From positions 17,670,001-17,734,000 of the forward strand of contig OZ316775.1 in assembly GCA_973851085.1 (NCBI GenBank): 64,000 nt of DNA. The letters run 5' to 3'. Numbering within the stretch: the first letter of the stretch is position 1; the number at the start of each line of letters is the position of its first letter. The translations under genes and the position numbers were made by a program. A model generated the notes under the pieces. The model saw nothing but the letters and a program-made list of their open reading frames with translations. It did not search any database and was not told the DNA's origin. The stretch comes from Ptychomitrium polyphyllum. Taxonomy: Eukaryota. Positions 12,203-25,232 of the stretch are shown here, piece after piece.

Positions 12203-15200
12203 TCATCTTCCTTTCTTGCTTTGAGGTCTCCAAGCAGCATGTTGCAACAAGTGCCTAGAGTTGTAAGAATTCCAAAATTTGTCGCATGGTGTCTGCAAGA
12301 TACTCCAATTGCCTTTTACAATTTAAATGGTTCATAAGTCTTTATAACAAGCAACAGGGTCTAATGCCTTCTTTTTGAAACCAAGTATAAATTTTTGTAT
12401 CTTTATTGTGAAAGTGTCCATCAAATACTGCTTCTCGATAATCTTCATAAACTGGCTCCACTTCAAAAACAATCACTAACAATCTGTTGCTAGTTTCCTT
12501 TTGATGTCTTCTAGGTTCAATCTGATCTTTATTACAAAATTGTTCACAAGAGCTACTTAGTTGAATTCACACCATTGGCATGATATTTGCATCTTGATTG
12601 TCCATATTTAATATATCAAGCTAGTCTCAAGGAACTATGTTACACTTCAAAATACAAACAACTAATTTCCAAATCATATCTAGGGCTTTAAAACCTTATG
12701 ATTTTGAAATTGTTTTCTTGCCTACTTAAAAGCCCAAGCATCAAGAGCCTTCAAATTTATGCAACCTTATCTAGCCATTGTTCCTTATACTGTTACTTTT
12801 GAATTAAATGGATGTTATCAATGCAACTTACAAATTTTTATTGATGAATTGGAAAGATTGTTAACTAGCTTCTATGTGCGTTCACTGATGTTATATCCGT
12901 GCCAATGGACCAAGTATTCCAGCTTTCCACCTCTTCTCCGTAAATCAAACACTTCTTCTACTTTTAATTTATGATAGTTACCGATTTGGACCACAAGTGG
13001 TGGCAGCTACTTTTATTTAGAAATACTTGGTTCCTTATAAGTTTCTAAAAATGAAACGTGGAAGATGGGATGTACCTTCATTGATGTTGGTAGTTCCAAA
13101 TGATATACCACGTAATTGACTTGCTTTTGGATTGCAGATGGGTCCAATCTATAATAGTCCAGCTTGTTACATGGCCTCTTGGTCCTTATATTGCATCAAA
13201 GGAACCACACCTTCTTACAAACTTGGAATTGAGGTTGTTCCTTCTTTGTAGCATTTATTGCCATTTTGTATTGTTCTTGAGCTTCTTTTAATTGAGTCTT
13301 CATGGTTTTTTGAAGTTTTGCCATCCTTTTGATAAAGACCTCTCCTGCTAGATTTTTAGATGATGGAGGTTGCAACATATCCATTTTTGGATGATGTCCG
13401 TAATGTAAGTAGGATGGTGTTTGTTGGATGGAAGCGTAAGTGGTATGGTTGTAGGTAAACTCAGCCAATGTCAAGTAGGAAGTCTACTCATCTTGTTGGT
13501 AGTTAATGGTACACCTCGGACATTGCTCATAAAATTTGGTTGACTTGCTCTATTTGGCCATCAGCCTAAAGATAGAAGGTAGAAGAAATTTTAATGTCCA
13601 CCTTAAGGATTTCAAATAGCGACTTCCAAAATCTTGATTTAAAATATGGTCAACGATCCGATATAATATTGTTAGATAATCCATGGTAGCGGGAGACATT
13701 ATCCATGAAGAGTGTAGCAATCTCTTCACTTGTAATCGTCTTCTTGTAAGGTAAAAAATGCGCCATCTTAGTCAACCAATCTACCACTACAAAGACAATA
13801 TCAGAAGAATTTGATGGTGGAAGATCTGTGATGAAATCCATGGAAATAGATGACCATAATTGCCTTGAAACATGTTGTAGTTGGAGAAGTCCGTGTGAAA
13901 GGTGTCCAAGATTCTTTGACCATGAACAGGTATCATACAAGAGTACAAATTCTTTAATGGCCTTGCACAATTGAAGCTACCAAAAGTCAAGAGAGAGGAA
14001 TTCCAAGGTTTTATTGAATCAAAAATATCCAGTTGCAAAAAAGTCATGTTGTGTTTAAAGTACAAATAGGCAAACTGGTCCTTCAGGAATATATAGACGT
14101 TCATCAAAGTACAAAAAGTTGTCTTTACATTTGAATTTAAACACATCTTCAAGGAAGTTGTTGGAATGACGCTTGATATCAAAAATAGGATTGCCCTTGG
14201 TAGATGGCACACGAACTTGATCAAGGAACAATAAATCCATCGGAGTTGAAATGGTACTTGTGCATACGTAAAATCATTTGGGTTTTAATAAAGTTGCTTG
14301 TTGTTTTTTGTGTATTGCTTATATTTTTTTTGGTGCAAGATATGATTGCCTTGACAAAGCATTTGGCGACCCTTGCAATTTTATGGATCATTATGTAATG
14401 CAAAAATCAAATTGAGATAGAGACATATTCCAACAAGCTTGGCAGTGATTCAAAACACAATAAAACATGAACTATTCCAAGTTCTTGTGGTCTATATATA
14501 TAATAATTGGATGTATAGCACCTTTAAAATAGTAGCGCCATTCTTTCAAGGAATCCAAAATTACAAGGAGTTCCATGTTGTGGATCTTATTATTAATTTT
14601 TGCAACTGAAAATTATTTAGAATGCATTGCAGTTGGAGAAAGTTTCCCTTCTTATCCCATTTGTGACAAAACTGCTTTTAGTGCAAAGTTGGAAGCATCT
14701 ATTTCAAGATAAAATTGCTTTGAAAAGTCCGGATGGATTACAATTCGAGCTTTGATAGAGGCTTGCTTCAAACATTGGAATGCATCCTCAACATAAGATC
14801 TCCATTCAAGCTTTTCCTTGCATAATCGTCACGTAAGTGGTGGAGCTAATAAATATCCAATCTCTCCATAGATTCTACTTTTTGAGCAAAGAAACCCCTA
14901 GAATGACAAGACTTGATGTAGACCCAATGACATTAAAAATCACGGAGCAATTATAATCAATCGATAATATTATAAATGAACTGATCTCATGAGTAACATC
15001 TCTGGAGGATAACAATGGACCATCTATGACTTCTACATGGACAGGTTTGGAATTTTCAGTAAAAAAACTTATACGTTTTCAAAAATTCTTTGTCAATAAA
15101 GCAAGCAAAGGCCCCTGAATCCAATAGAGTAAGGATTTTGAGCTTCTAAACACCTATACAAACAAGTATAGTAAAATAGAAGGAAGGTAGGCTAAGAAAA

Positions 15201-15750
15201 CAAGACTTTTTTTCCTTGCAAAAGAAGCGGATCTTGCAGCGTAGTTCCTACTTTTGCTAGATATCATTTTTTTCTTGCATAGTGGTTGACATCATTGTTG
15301 TATCCTTCTTCCGATATGTATGTAGAGGTTTTTTTTAGAAGTTATTAAGCTTGTGGTCATGTTTTGCACAATATGAATACAAGTTTTGCTCTTTTTGTTG
15401 CTTTTTTTCATGTTCAATACAAGACTTGATGCAAATAGCATTGATATGCATAGCTTTTGTTCCTAAATACTTACTTGCGGTAAACAAGGCCAAAACTACT
15501 AAAAAGGTGATATACGGCTAAAGCATAATCAAAGTTTATTTATCTTGTCAATAATGCAATACATAATTATTGCCCTTTAAAGCTTAACTAATGGCTTTGT
15601 CAAGTGATTTTGAATTTGGCATTAATAGCAATAGATCCTTAGCTTTGTCACGTACATCCCAATGAAATTGATTCATCATCGCTTCTTCTCTCCAATTGAT
15701 GTCGCATGCAAGTTATCAAAATTCTGATGCATAAATTGACATAAAACATG

Positions 15751-16911
15751 TGTTACGTACCTCTCCTTCAGAAGTGCCCGCAATGCTAAGAGCACAAAGG
15801 AGACTCCGAAGTGATGTCCGGGACTTGTGGCACCGATAATGAAGTGGCTCAAGTAGGCCTAGCGTGGGAAGGATCCCAAAGGGGAGAAACATCCTTGCCC
15901 ATGTAGACCAAGGGCTACAAGGGAGAAGTTTTAGGCATTGGAGGACTCATGACGAGTTGATTTTAGAATGCTAAAGATTGCTCAAATCAGACAAGGAAAC
16001 TAAAAGATATGGAATTCCAAAGTTTGGGGCTGCCAAAGGACTATTCAGGATTGTGGCAGTTTTAGACAGTGACTGAACTGGACTGGAACAGTGTAGGGAG
16101 GGACTCTCCAAGAGTTCCGAACCTTAAGAGAGGCATATATCCCAAAAAATCAAGTCAAATTGGACGTTTGAAGAGTCTATCGGCATCTACGCAAAGAATA
16201 GATGACTATAAAGTGGTTGTTTAATAAATTCGGATACCAAACGTGGAAGATATGGCTTTTTGAAGGTCTGTAGGAAGTCTCGAAGGCTTCTAGCGACTAA
16301 GTCCTAAGGGAGATCGGGTGGTCTTCCAAAGTTTTTGGTGTGTTGGAGTTCAACCAGCTATAGAGTTCCAAAGGCTTGCCGAATCCCACAGAGAGTACTA
16401 TAAGGGAGGGCTGATCCCCTTCTCCACTCCCCTAATGTCCCGTTAGGAACTAAGCGTGAGTCCCAATTGGTGGAGTTAGTGTTGGGGCTTCACTACAAAG
16501 ACTCCCAAACCATTGTGAATTGATGGGTGATCAATTTCACGAAAGGAACTAGTGAGATCAAAAAGGTACGCTTGTTATCACTAAGTTGGGGTGGAGTCTT
16601 CACGACGGCACTATGGACCCAGAATGATCTTAGGATCACATAGGAATCATGTGTGGTGGTGATGAAACACCACTAAATGCAATTAGGCTGTGTAGAATGG
16701 GAGTAACACCAAGTGAGGCCTTGAGCAAAATGGAAATCCGCACCTAACAATTGGCTACCAATCAATTAGGTGTTCTAAGAAAAATGATAGGGGGAAATGG
16801 AAACCAAATTTGGAACTTGGAGAGTGAAAATAGAGGTTAACCATGTGCATGTGGAGGTGTACAGGGTTGACGGGCGAGACATTGTTAAGGTGCATTACAA
16901 GGATTGCGACA
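15751..16911. mobile_element. ~1.16 kb solo LTR in gag of element B (mirror of 7292-8452)
   Basis: TGTTACG...TTGCGACA termini; reverse complement of 7292-8452. Confidence 0.85.
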
Positions 16912-19900
16912 ATGTTGCTCATACTACAAGGTACAAATTTTAGTAGTTGCAGAACCAAGCTTATTATGGTCACCAAATGCTTCTGCAAATGTGGCTAGAA
17001 ACGCATCAAAGTTGCTAAATATGGGAGAATTCTTTTCAAAAAGATGTACAAATTAAAACAATGTTTATCTTGATAGTAACGTTTCTATCAAACCAACGTG
17101 CAAAGCGTCTGTAGGATACCGTCTAGGTTGAAGTAAGGTAATAAGTTGAACTTGGTTTATAAAGCCTCAAAATTTCAAACGCATACCATCAAACTTCTCC
17201 GGAAAGTTGATTCTTAGTTTTTTAGCTGTTGACATTGAATTCCCGGCTTGAAGTTGTCTGTAAACTAAATTTACTGTCTCACTAACTGAAATGATCCCTA
17301 GCTCACATGCTTCCTTTTATATTGAGATATGTTAAGCATTTTGTAGTATTTGTAATGGATTTCTAGCCTAATTAACTTTAGTGAACAAATTTGATGGTTG
17401 ATATCTTTTGTAGCTTAACAAGAGATGTTTAACTTTCTATAACTAAGTGGCTAGCAGCTACCATAACTAGTGGTCACAAAACGTGAATTAAATGAATTTC
17501 CACTAATTAAAGGACTTATTAATTTCCAACGTGGTCCCGTGTTGTAGCGGGCCGCCAATGGCAGGGCCCACTTAAATTTGGGCACTCTAGCTAAGTTGTC
17601 TACTACCGTTTTCTCTTATTGCTATCTAACCGTGGCCCTTGTTGCAATCAACTTCCCAACTCTTGCCTTTGATTTTGCACCTTCACTTCCTTCCGGCCTG
17701 ACGCAAGTCTGTTGCCGTAGTCTCTGGTTCCCAATTGAACCTTCCGCCTTAGTCTTTGTAGTTGCCGCCGCTTGCCGCCTCGTCAGCGTTCTCACATAAC
17801 CATTGTTCTTCTCGCTGCTGCCAATCCCTTCCTGAGTTCCTCGCTGTTTGCACACTAGCCTGTTGCAGAAGTGGCCACGTAGGCACTGTTCTACTTGTCT
17901 TCGGTAGCTAGTTTCCTTGATGCCGCTCTTGCTGTCCGTCATTTATTGCTATTTTTATTGAACTACCCTTTCTTTTGCTACCAGGTGAGTCCTTGCAAAA
18001 ACTGTTCCTTAATTGGACTGTTAAACCTAATTATATTCTTGATTCTTTCTTTTTCCTCTAACCTAAACCAACTTTTAATTCATGCCTTTTTATTCTCTAT
18101 TCTCCTTTCTTCACTACTGTCAAGCCTACTTGCTATTTTTTCTTCTAAGATAATTCTTCCTCAAAAGACTCTTCTTATTTTCCTCTCCACTATTCACCTA
18201 ATTCCTTGTATCTTCTAATATTCTAAAATCTTGCTATCCCTAGCCTCCTTCAAACTACTCTAACCACTCCTTAGATACCCTCCCCCAATTCTTGAATTTC
18301 CTAACCAAATTGTAACAATAAATTTGCCTAACTCTAAAACTTTTAAATATAGCTGCAGTTTTAAAATCAACAACTATTCTGGATTTTGACTGTCCTTCTA
18401 AATTTAGCTGCGTTTCTAAAATTAGAAGCTCTTTTAGATTTTGACTATCATTTTAAACTTAGTTGCAATTCTAAAATCAGCAACAAATGTATCCAAGTTG
18501 TAAAATTCATCTTTTTTTTTATACTTCCATTCTTGCATTGGCCTTAAGTGTCATGGACCATGAGCATCTGCCCACTTGCCCTTTACTTCCTTTAATAACA
18601 ACTATAATCCTACTTCTTTTGCCCTAATTAGACCTAATCTCTTTTACAATGTTAAATTTTGTCATTTCTTTAAAAGAAAATCTATAATGAGTTGATTCTA
18701 TAGCTCACATTGTCCGTCTTTTATCAAATCAGGTCTAAACAATGAAGCACCTAAGCTAACTTGGAATAGCAATTGCAGTGCTTCTGTTTTCTAACCATTA
18801 TATATGATTAAATACAGTTCTTCGTTTTGCTTGGATAAAGTTTTGATCTTAATCCTCAATGTTTCAAGAGCATTGATAATGGAATCTAACTTGGCATCTT
18901 TTGAATCAATCATATTGACTTCTTCACCTCCTGGCATAGAAATGAACTGGAAACAGATAAAAAATACTAAATATGCAAGAAATTAAAGAAAATTCAAGAA
19001 GCAATATCAGCCTAGAAGAAGATAATCCGCAACCTCTAGAGTATTGTAGTGCTTTTAAGAAGAGGGGTGGCATGCTTTCTATTAAGAATGACCAAGCTCT
19101 GATATTGTTGTATGGTGGTGGTGTGCTAAAAGAGCCTTGCTTTGAGAAAGCACCGGGCCTCTAGCTGGTACTAATTCCGCAGTAATTTAACTAGGTGGTG
19201 TTACAATTGAAGTCAATTAAGTGCAAAGTTTGTTTATCATTCTATATATACTTTGTAAAGTTCTCATTCCAAACCCAAACCGTAACTATGTACTACCCTT
19301 GAAATCCTGCTTACAAATTTGTCCATATTTCCTAATTTCAAAGTCCAATAATCTTGATATTTTGGTAATATGTTCAAAAAACATGTAGAAAACTACACTA
19401 AAGTTTCATAACTATTGCTGCTATAATCATTGAGGTCCATGCAATCAAAGCTCTCATCCTTCTCACCACACCCCCTTCACCTTATCACCTTATAACTTCT
19501 TCTTTATAATGAATCTAGATTCAAAAATTTGTACACACAAATTTTATCTTACAATGAGCATTTCACTAAAATATCAACCTTAGAAACCTCTCCTATCCTC
19601 TTTTATAGCCAAAATATATAATCTGCCTTCTAAAACCCGGTTACATATTCTCCTACAACTCATACTACAAAAATCCTTTTTCCTCAAGATTTTTACATTA
19701 TTGTTTTGAAATAGCGAGCATACTATCCTTCAAATTTCATCTTCAAAGACCGTTTCTACAAGAAGTTATAAGCACTCAAATCAGCTGCTCTCAAAACTCA
19801 AGGCAGCTGGACCAACTTTATTCAAACTAGCGCCACAGTTACATAACAACTTTAAATAGAGCGTGTGATGGCATTTTGAAAAGCTTACAAATAAAGGAAG

Positions 19901-20650
19901 AAAACACAACAAAAAAATCCAAAATAAGAAGTATAAAATATGATATGGTTGAAAAAAAGGCTGCCTTAAGTAACAAGTGGAAGAGGCCAAGAAAGAAGAA
20001 GAGGGCGGTGGTCAAACCGCCACATCCGCCTCTTATCACTCCACATCAGCCTATCTCTCCACATCAGCCCCTATCTAACCATATCTTCAAATAAAAAACA
20101 ACCTAAATCCTTTTCTTTTGCTTTTCTTTCTTTTCTTTTCTTTGATTAAAACTTCTAAGTTCCAAACTACAAAGGAAGACAAAATTAATCCTCAAAAATC
20201 TAAAGTAGGAAACTAAAACTAAAATAAAAGAAAGAAAACAGGAAAAAATTTGAAGTTCAATGAATATAAAGTCACTACTAAGGCAGAATCAAACACCAAG
20301 CCACAAACTTGGTTGACTGGATAAAATTTAGCTGCAGAACCGGTCCAAGTTTGATTCTTGTTGGGTTCATTGACTGGGATGGCGGCACTTGGTTTGGTAC
20401 TGCTAGTAAGAACGGCAGGCAGGAAAATAACACAGTCAATCGGCGCCTTCACCCTGAGCTAAGACAAGATACAGTTCTACCTCCAAGACACTCAAAACCG
20501 TGGTTTCACTACGATCTTTTTCACCTAACTTTTCTTTTCATCCTGGTATTCCTTTCTAAAACACAATAAATCAAAATCCACAAAATAATACATATCAGCT
20601 AAGTTTTAAGCTCTATAACTATTTACAGTACGACAGTGGTCTTGGCAATT

Positions 20651-21039
20651 TGTTACGGATAGAATAATGACAAGACAAGGTTTCAGGATTCTAGGATGTA
20701 GAACAAGATATATCCAAGGTATATTAGAAGTAAAGAGCTATAACAAGGTACAAAGTCAAGGCCAAAAGGTCTAAGCTAAATCACAAGAGATGTGTTGTCA
20801 AAACTGAAGATCCCTTCAACCTCAACTCCTATATATACTAAGACTACAAGCCTTAGAAGCTCCTTGAAAAGCTTCTATTATATTTCTTTGTACTCAAGCA
20901 ACCTTGAGTTGCTTCTTTAGAAGTTTTCTAAGCCGAGGTAACTTCCTTAGAATCTTCTTAGGCCGAGGTATCTTCTTTAAAAGCTTCCTAAACCTTCTAA
21001 AAACTTTTTTAGATGCTTCTAATGTATGTATTTGTGACA
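20651..21039 (-). repeat. 5' LTR of element B
   Basis: TGTTACGG...GTGACA termini, followed directly by TSD ATTGG. Confidence 0.9.
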
Positions 21040-22337
21040 ATTGGACTCTCAACTTGAAAGTGATTAAGTTTGCCTACAACAACACCGCTTACGCTTCCAT
21101 TCAATAAATGCCATTCTACTCCATCTATGGACATCATCAAAAAATGGATATGTTATAGCCTCTACGATCTAAGAATCCAGTAGCAAAGGAATTTGCCACA
21201 AAAATGACTAAGCTTCAAACAACCATGAAGACTCAACTAGAAGAAGTTTGAGAACGATACAAAATGGCAGCAGATGCAACAAGGACAAAACAACTTCCAT
21301 TCCAAGTTGGTGAGAAGATGTGCCTCCTTTCACGCAATATAAGAACCAACAGGCTATGTGGCAAGTTGGACTATCGCAAATTGGGATCATTTGCATTTGA
21401 AAAACAATTCAACCACGTGGCTTATTGTTTGGAATTATCAATACCAATAAAAGTACATCCTATTTTCCACGTTTTGCTTTTGAAAGTTTATAAGGAATCA
21501 AGTATCCCTAGACGAAAGCAACTGCCACCACCTTTGGTCAAAATTGACACTTTTCATGAATTTGAAGTAGGAAAAGTGTTTGATTCACGGATAAAACGTG
21601 GAAATTTGGAATACTTGGTTTATTGGCAAGGATATAACATCAGTCAACGCACATGGGAGCCAGCTAATAATCTTGCTAATTTACAAGTAAAAATTTGTAA
21701 GTTCCATAGACAACATCCATTCAAAGAAAAAGTAGCAACACAATGAATAGTGGCTTGGTAATGTTGCGTAACCTTAAAGACTCTTGATGCTTAGGCTTTT
21801 AAGTAGGGAAAGAAAGCAATTTCTAGACTAAGAGTTTCCAAAATCCAAGACATGATTTACAAATTAGTCATTTGAATTTTGAAGTTTATCATAGTTCTTT
21901 GAAAATAGCTTAGTATATTAAATATGGACAATCAAGATGCAAATACCATGCTAATAGTGTCAATTCAACCAAGTGGCTTGCATTGACAATCTTGTGACAA
22001 AGAATAGATTGGACCATGAAGACGTCAATGGATACCTAGCAATAGATTGGACGTGATTGTCTTTGAAGTGGAACTAGCTTATGAGGATTATTCAAAAGCC
22101 TTGTTTGAAGGACGTTTTTACAACAAAGATACATAAATTCATGCTTGATTCCAAGTAGAAGGCATTAGACATTATCGATAGTTATAATGACCCATGAACC
22201 ATTTGAATCATGAAAAGCAATTAGAATATGTTGCAAACACCATGCAACGAATTTTTGACTTCTTTAAATTTTGAGCATTTGTTGCAACATGTTTTTTGAA
22301 GACCTTTGAGCTAGAAGAAGAGGTGATGTCACGGTTG

Positions 22338-22370
<33 letters not shown>

Positions 22371-22709
22371 GAAGCATGTAAAAAGGTTCTTAGAAGATTT
22401 AAAAAGCTTCCAAAGAAGTTCTCTCGATTTATAAAACTTCCAAAGGAACAATTCAAGGTTTCTTGAGTATAAAGCAATACAGTAGAAGCTTTTTAAGGAG
22501 CTTCCAACGCTTGTAATCATAGTATATATAAGAGTTGAGGCTGAAGGGATCTTCAACTTTGAGACTGCATATCTTGTGGTCTAGCTTAGACCTTTTGGGC
22601 TTGTCTTTGTATCTTGTTATTGCTCTTTTTTACTAATATATCTTAGACATATCTTATTTCACATCTTGGAATGCTGAAGCCTTGTCTTGTCTTTTATTTG
22701 TCCGTATCA
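21040..22709 (+). mobile_element. Element A 3' part: integrase C-terminus, chromodomain, PPT and 3' LTR (22327-22709)
   Basis: The integrase resumes as (D)WTLNL..KFAYNN after the TSD. ORF 21264-21746 carries the GPY/F module and chromodomain. PPT agaagaagaggtga precedes TGTCACGG at 22327 and the LTR ends ccgtatCA at 22709. Confidence 0.9.
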
Positions 22710-23515
22710 CTTAGGTGTTTCCATGCCTTGACTTTTATGTATGGTGAAATTATGTTTTTTATTTTTCTCAAGTAATGTTTTTGTGTTGATCTTTAATGGT
22801 CCAAGGCTTTTGGTCATGGAATCTGATTTGGTTTTTTTTGTAGTTAATTATTTTGATCTTTTCACCTTTGAGCGTTAAATGAAAATAGAAATTGCTAAAT
22901 AAATAAAAAACTGAGGAAGATTTAGAAGAAAATATTAGCCTGGAGGAGGATAATTTGCAACTTCCAAAGCGGTATAGTCATTTCAAGAAGAAGGGTGATG
23001 TGCTCTCTATTAGGAAAGACCAAGCTGTGATATTATTATATGATAGTCTTGACAAACTGTTACAGACAGAGTAACGACCAAGCAAAAGTTTAGGATTTTA
23101 GAATATGGAATAAGGTGCGATCAAGGTATGTTTGAAGTAAAGAGTTTTAGCAAAGTAGAAAGACCGGACCAAAAAATCTAAGCTAGATCACAAAAGATTT
23201 ATTGTTAAGAGTAAAAGTCCCTTTTGTCTCATTTCTTATATATATTAGAGCTACAAGCCTTAGAAGCTTCTTGAAAAGCTTCTACTATATTGCTTTGTAT
23301 TCAAGCAACTTTAAGTTGCTTCTTTAAAAGCTTTTGTAGCCAAAGTAACTTTTTTAGAAGCTTATGAATTAAAGATAACTTCCTTTGAAGCTCTTGATTT
23401 TGAGGTTACTTGCTTGGAAGCTTTTGAAGTTGAAGTTACTTCCCTAGAAGCTTTAATAGCCTTTTTAAACCTTCTAAGAACCTTTCAAGATGCTCCAAAT
23501 ATGTTTGCCTTTGAA
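22710..23515 (-). mobile_element. Older chromovirus remnant C: 5' LTR (23058-~23515), PBS and leader fragment
   Basis: LTR homologous to 20651-21039, starting tgttacag at 23058. 22740-23045 is homologous to the element B leader at ~18790-19110. Confidence 0.7.
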
Positions 23516-23790
23516 AACAACAATTCAATATTCAATTTTAGATTTATTTTAAGTTTATTAAATTAAATTTTTTGTTATCCTTCTAAAAATGTTTTTTAAG
23601 AATTTTAATTCTATATAAATCAAAAGTTAAGAATTCTCAAAGTCATTTATTAATTAAAATTTAGTGTGCCAAAAAATGAAAGTCCAAACATTAAATTGTA
23701 GCAATGTCATAATATTTGCACAATTTGTCCTTCGGCATCAAAAAAATAAGCCCTAACTTTAAGTTGTTTATAAATGTGTTTAAATATATT

Positions 23791-24220
23791 TTAGACTTAA
23801 AACATGCAACATAGTCCTTAAAATCTCCTAGAACCTTATAGTTTAGGATAATAGTTTCTTAGATTCTTTTCAATGCTTCCGTAACCACTTTGTTTCTTTG
23901 GAAAATTTCTTAAGAAGGTTCCATCTTCTTAGAAAACTCTTAAAAAGGTTCCATCTCCTTAGAAAATTCTTAAGAAGGTTCCATAGACTTTTATAACATT
24001 TTTAAGCTTCATAAGAAGCATTTTTAAAAGTAATTTAGAAAACACAAGCATTGCCATATAAATAGGAGGCAAAACAAGGTATATTCTAAGCTTGCCAAGA
24101 GAAGGTATATATTAGTGTTGCCAACACAGGTTGTGAATTGTCTTTGAATTAAGTCCTTATTCTAGTCTTTGTATCAATTCTTCTTAATCATGAACTCCTT
24201 GAAAGCTAATCTTTTGGAAC
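23791..24220 (+). repeat. Degenerate LTR fragment related to solo LTR 50701-51343
   Basis: catgcaacatagtc, tandem aaggttccatc..cttagaaaa repeats and tataaataggaggcaa match the reverse complement of 50701-51343. Confidence 0.7.
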
Positions 24221-25232
24221 CATTTTATGTCTACTTTTTATTTTTAATATGCCTATTAATATAGTGTTTCAATGTATACTTGTATGTATTATTATGGTAC
24301 ATGGCTATAAAAAATAACTTATTAAATTCTTAAATTTGAATAAGTATATTAATAAATTAAGATAAATTCAATAATATAGAGTCATATGTATTATGTATCA
24401 TTCATAAAGAATTAAATTATACAATTGAAAGATTATAATAAATTTTTAATTGTAAATGCTTATTTATACTTATGTTAAGAAATTTATAACCAAATTATAA
24501 ACAAGTTTTTTTATAATGTCTATTTACAATATTTGTAATTGAAAAAACTATTATATGATACAACTTATATAAAAAACCATAAGTATAATTTTGTATATTA
24601 TCAATAAAAGAAAATGCTATAACCTTCATACAAATTTAGAAATTTTGAAGAGTCAAATGATGTAATTAATATAATACTAACAAGATTCTATTACAACTAT
24701 AGCATGAAAAACATGATTTTGTTAACATAACTTTGAAGATTTATCATGAAAAGTATAGTTTTGAAGATGTAGTATTTCAAATGTAGCAATGAATATATAA
24801 TGTAACAAATATATTTTTGATGTCAAAATCATTGCATATGCTTGCATCACATTAAACTATTCTTCTATTGTATTTCTTGCAATGTCACTTGCTCCAACTT
24901 TGCTATTTCCAACTTCAAACATGCATCTCCATTAGCGGATTTGTTGTTCTTCGTAGAAGATTTAGAAGATGAATTAATCTTAAATTCAATTTTCTAAATT
25001 TTAATTTAAACTTTGTGACGTCATAGACTAGAAAATGTGCCTAATTTTAGTACATTTCATTTCAAATAATTCATAAACTACCAAGACAAGACCCATTACA
25101 AGCATTCAACACATTCATACAAATGATACAAACAAAAAGTATGTGCATTTGTGTATCAAGAGTAATTCATTTCCAAATTGGTATATACATTCCATTTTGC
25201 CTCATCTTCATGCCCAAGCACAAGTCTCCAAG

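Larger units (their letters stand above)
11770..21039 (-). mobile_element. Chromovirus element B: two-LTR element lacking RT, nested in the integrase of element A
   Basis: 5-bp TSD ATTGG at 11765-11769 and 21040-21044. LTRs at 11770-12202 and 20651-21039, PPT at 12203-12218. The minus strand carries gag, protease, RNase H, integrase and chromodomain remnants. Confidence 0.9.
14952..22689. repeat. Right arm of the ~7.74 kb inverted duplication
   Basis: Reverse complement of 1512-9251. Differences spotted by eye: 2228/21975, 5057/19146, 6960/17243, 7243/16960, 8448/15755, 9146/15057, 9240/14963 and a 2-bp (TA)n indel. Confidence 0.97.
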
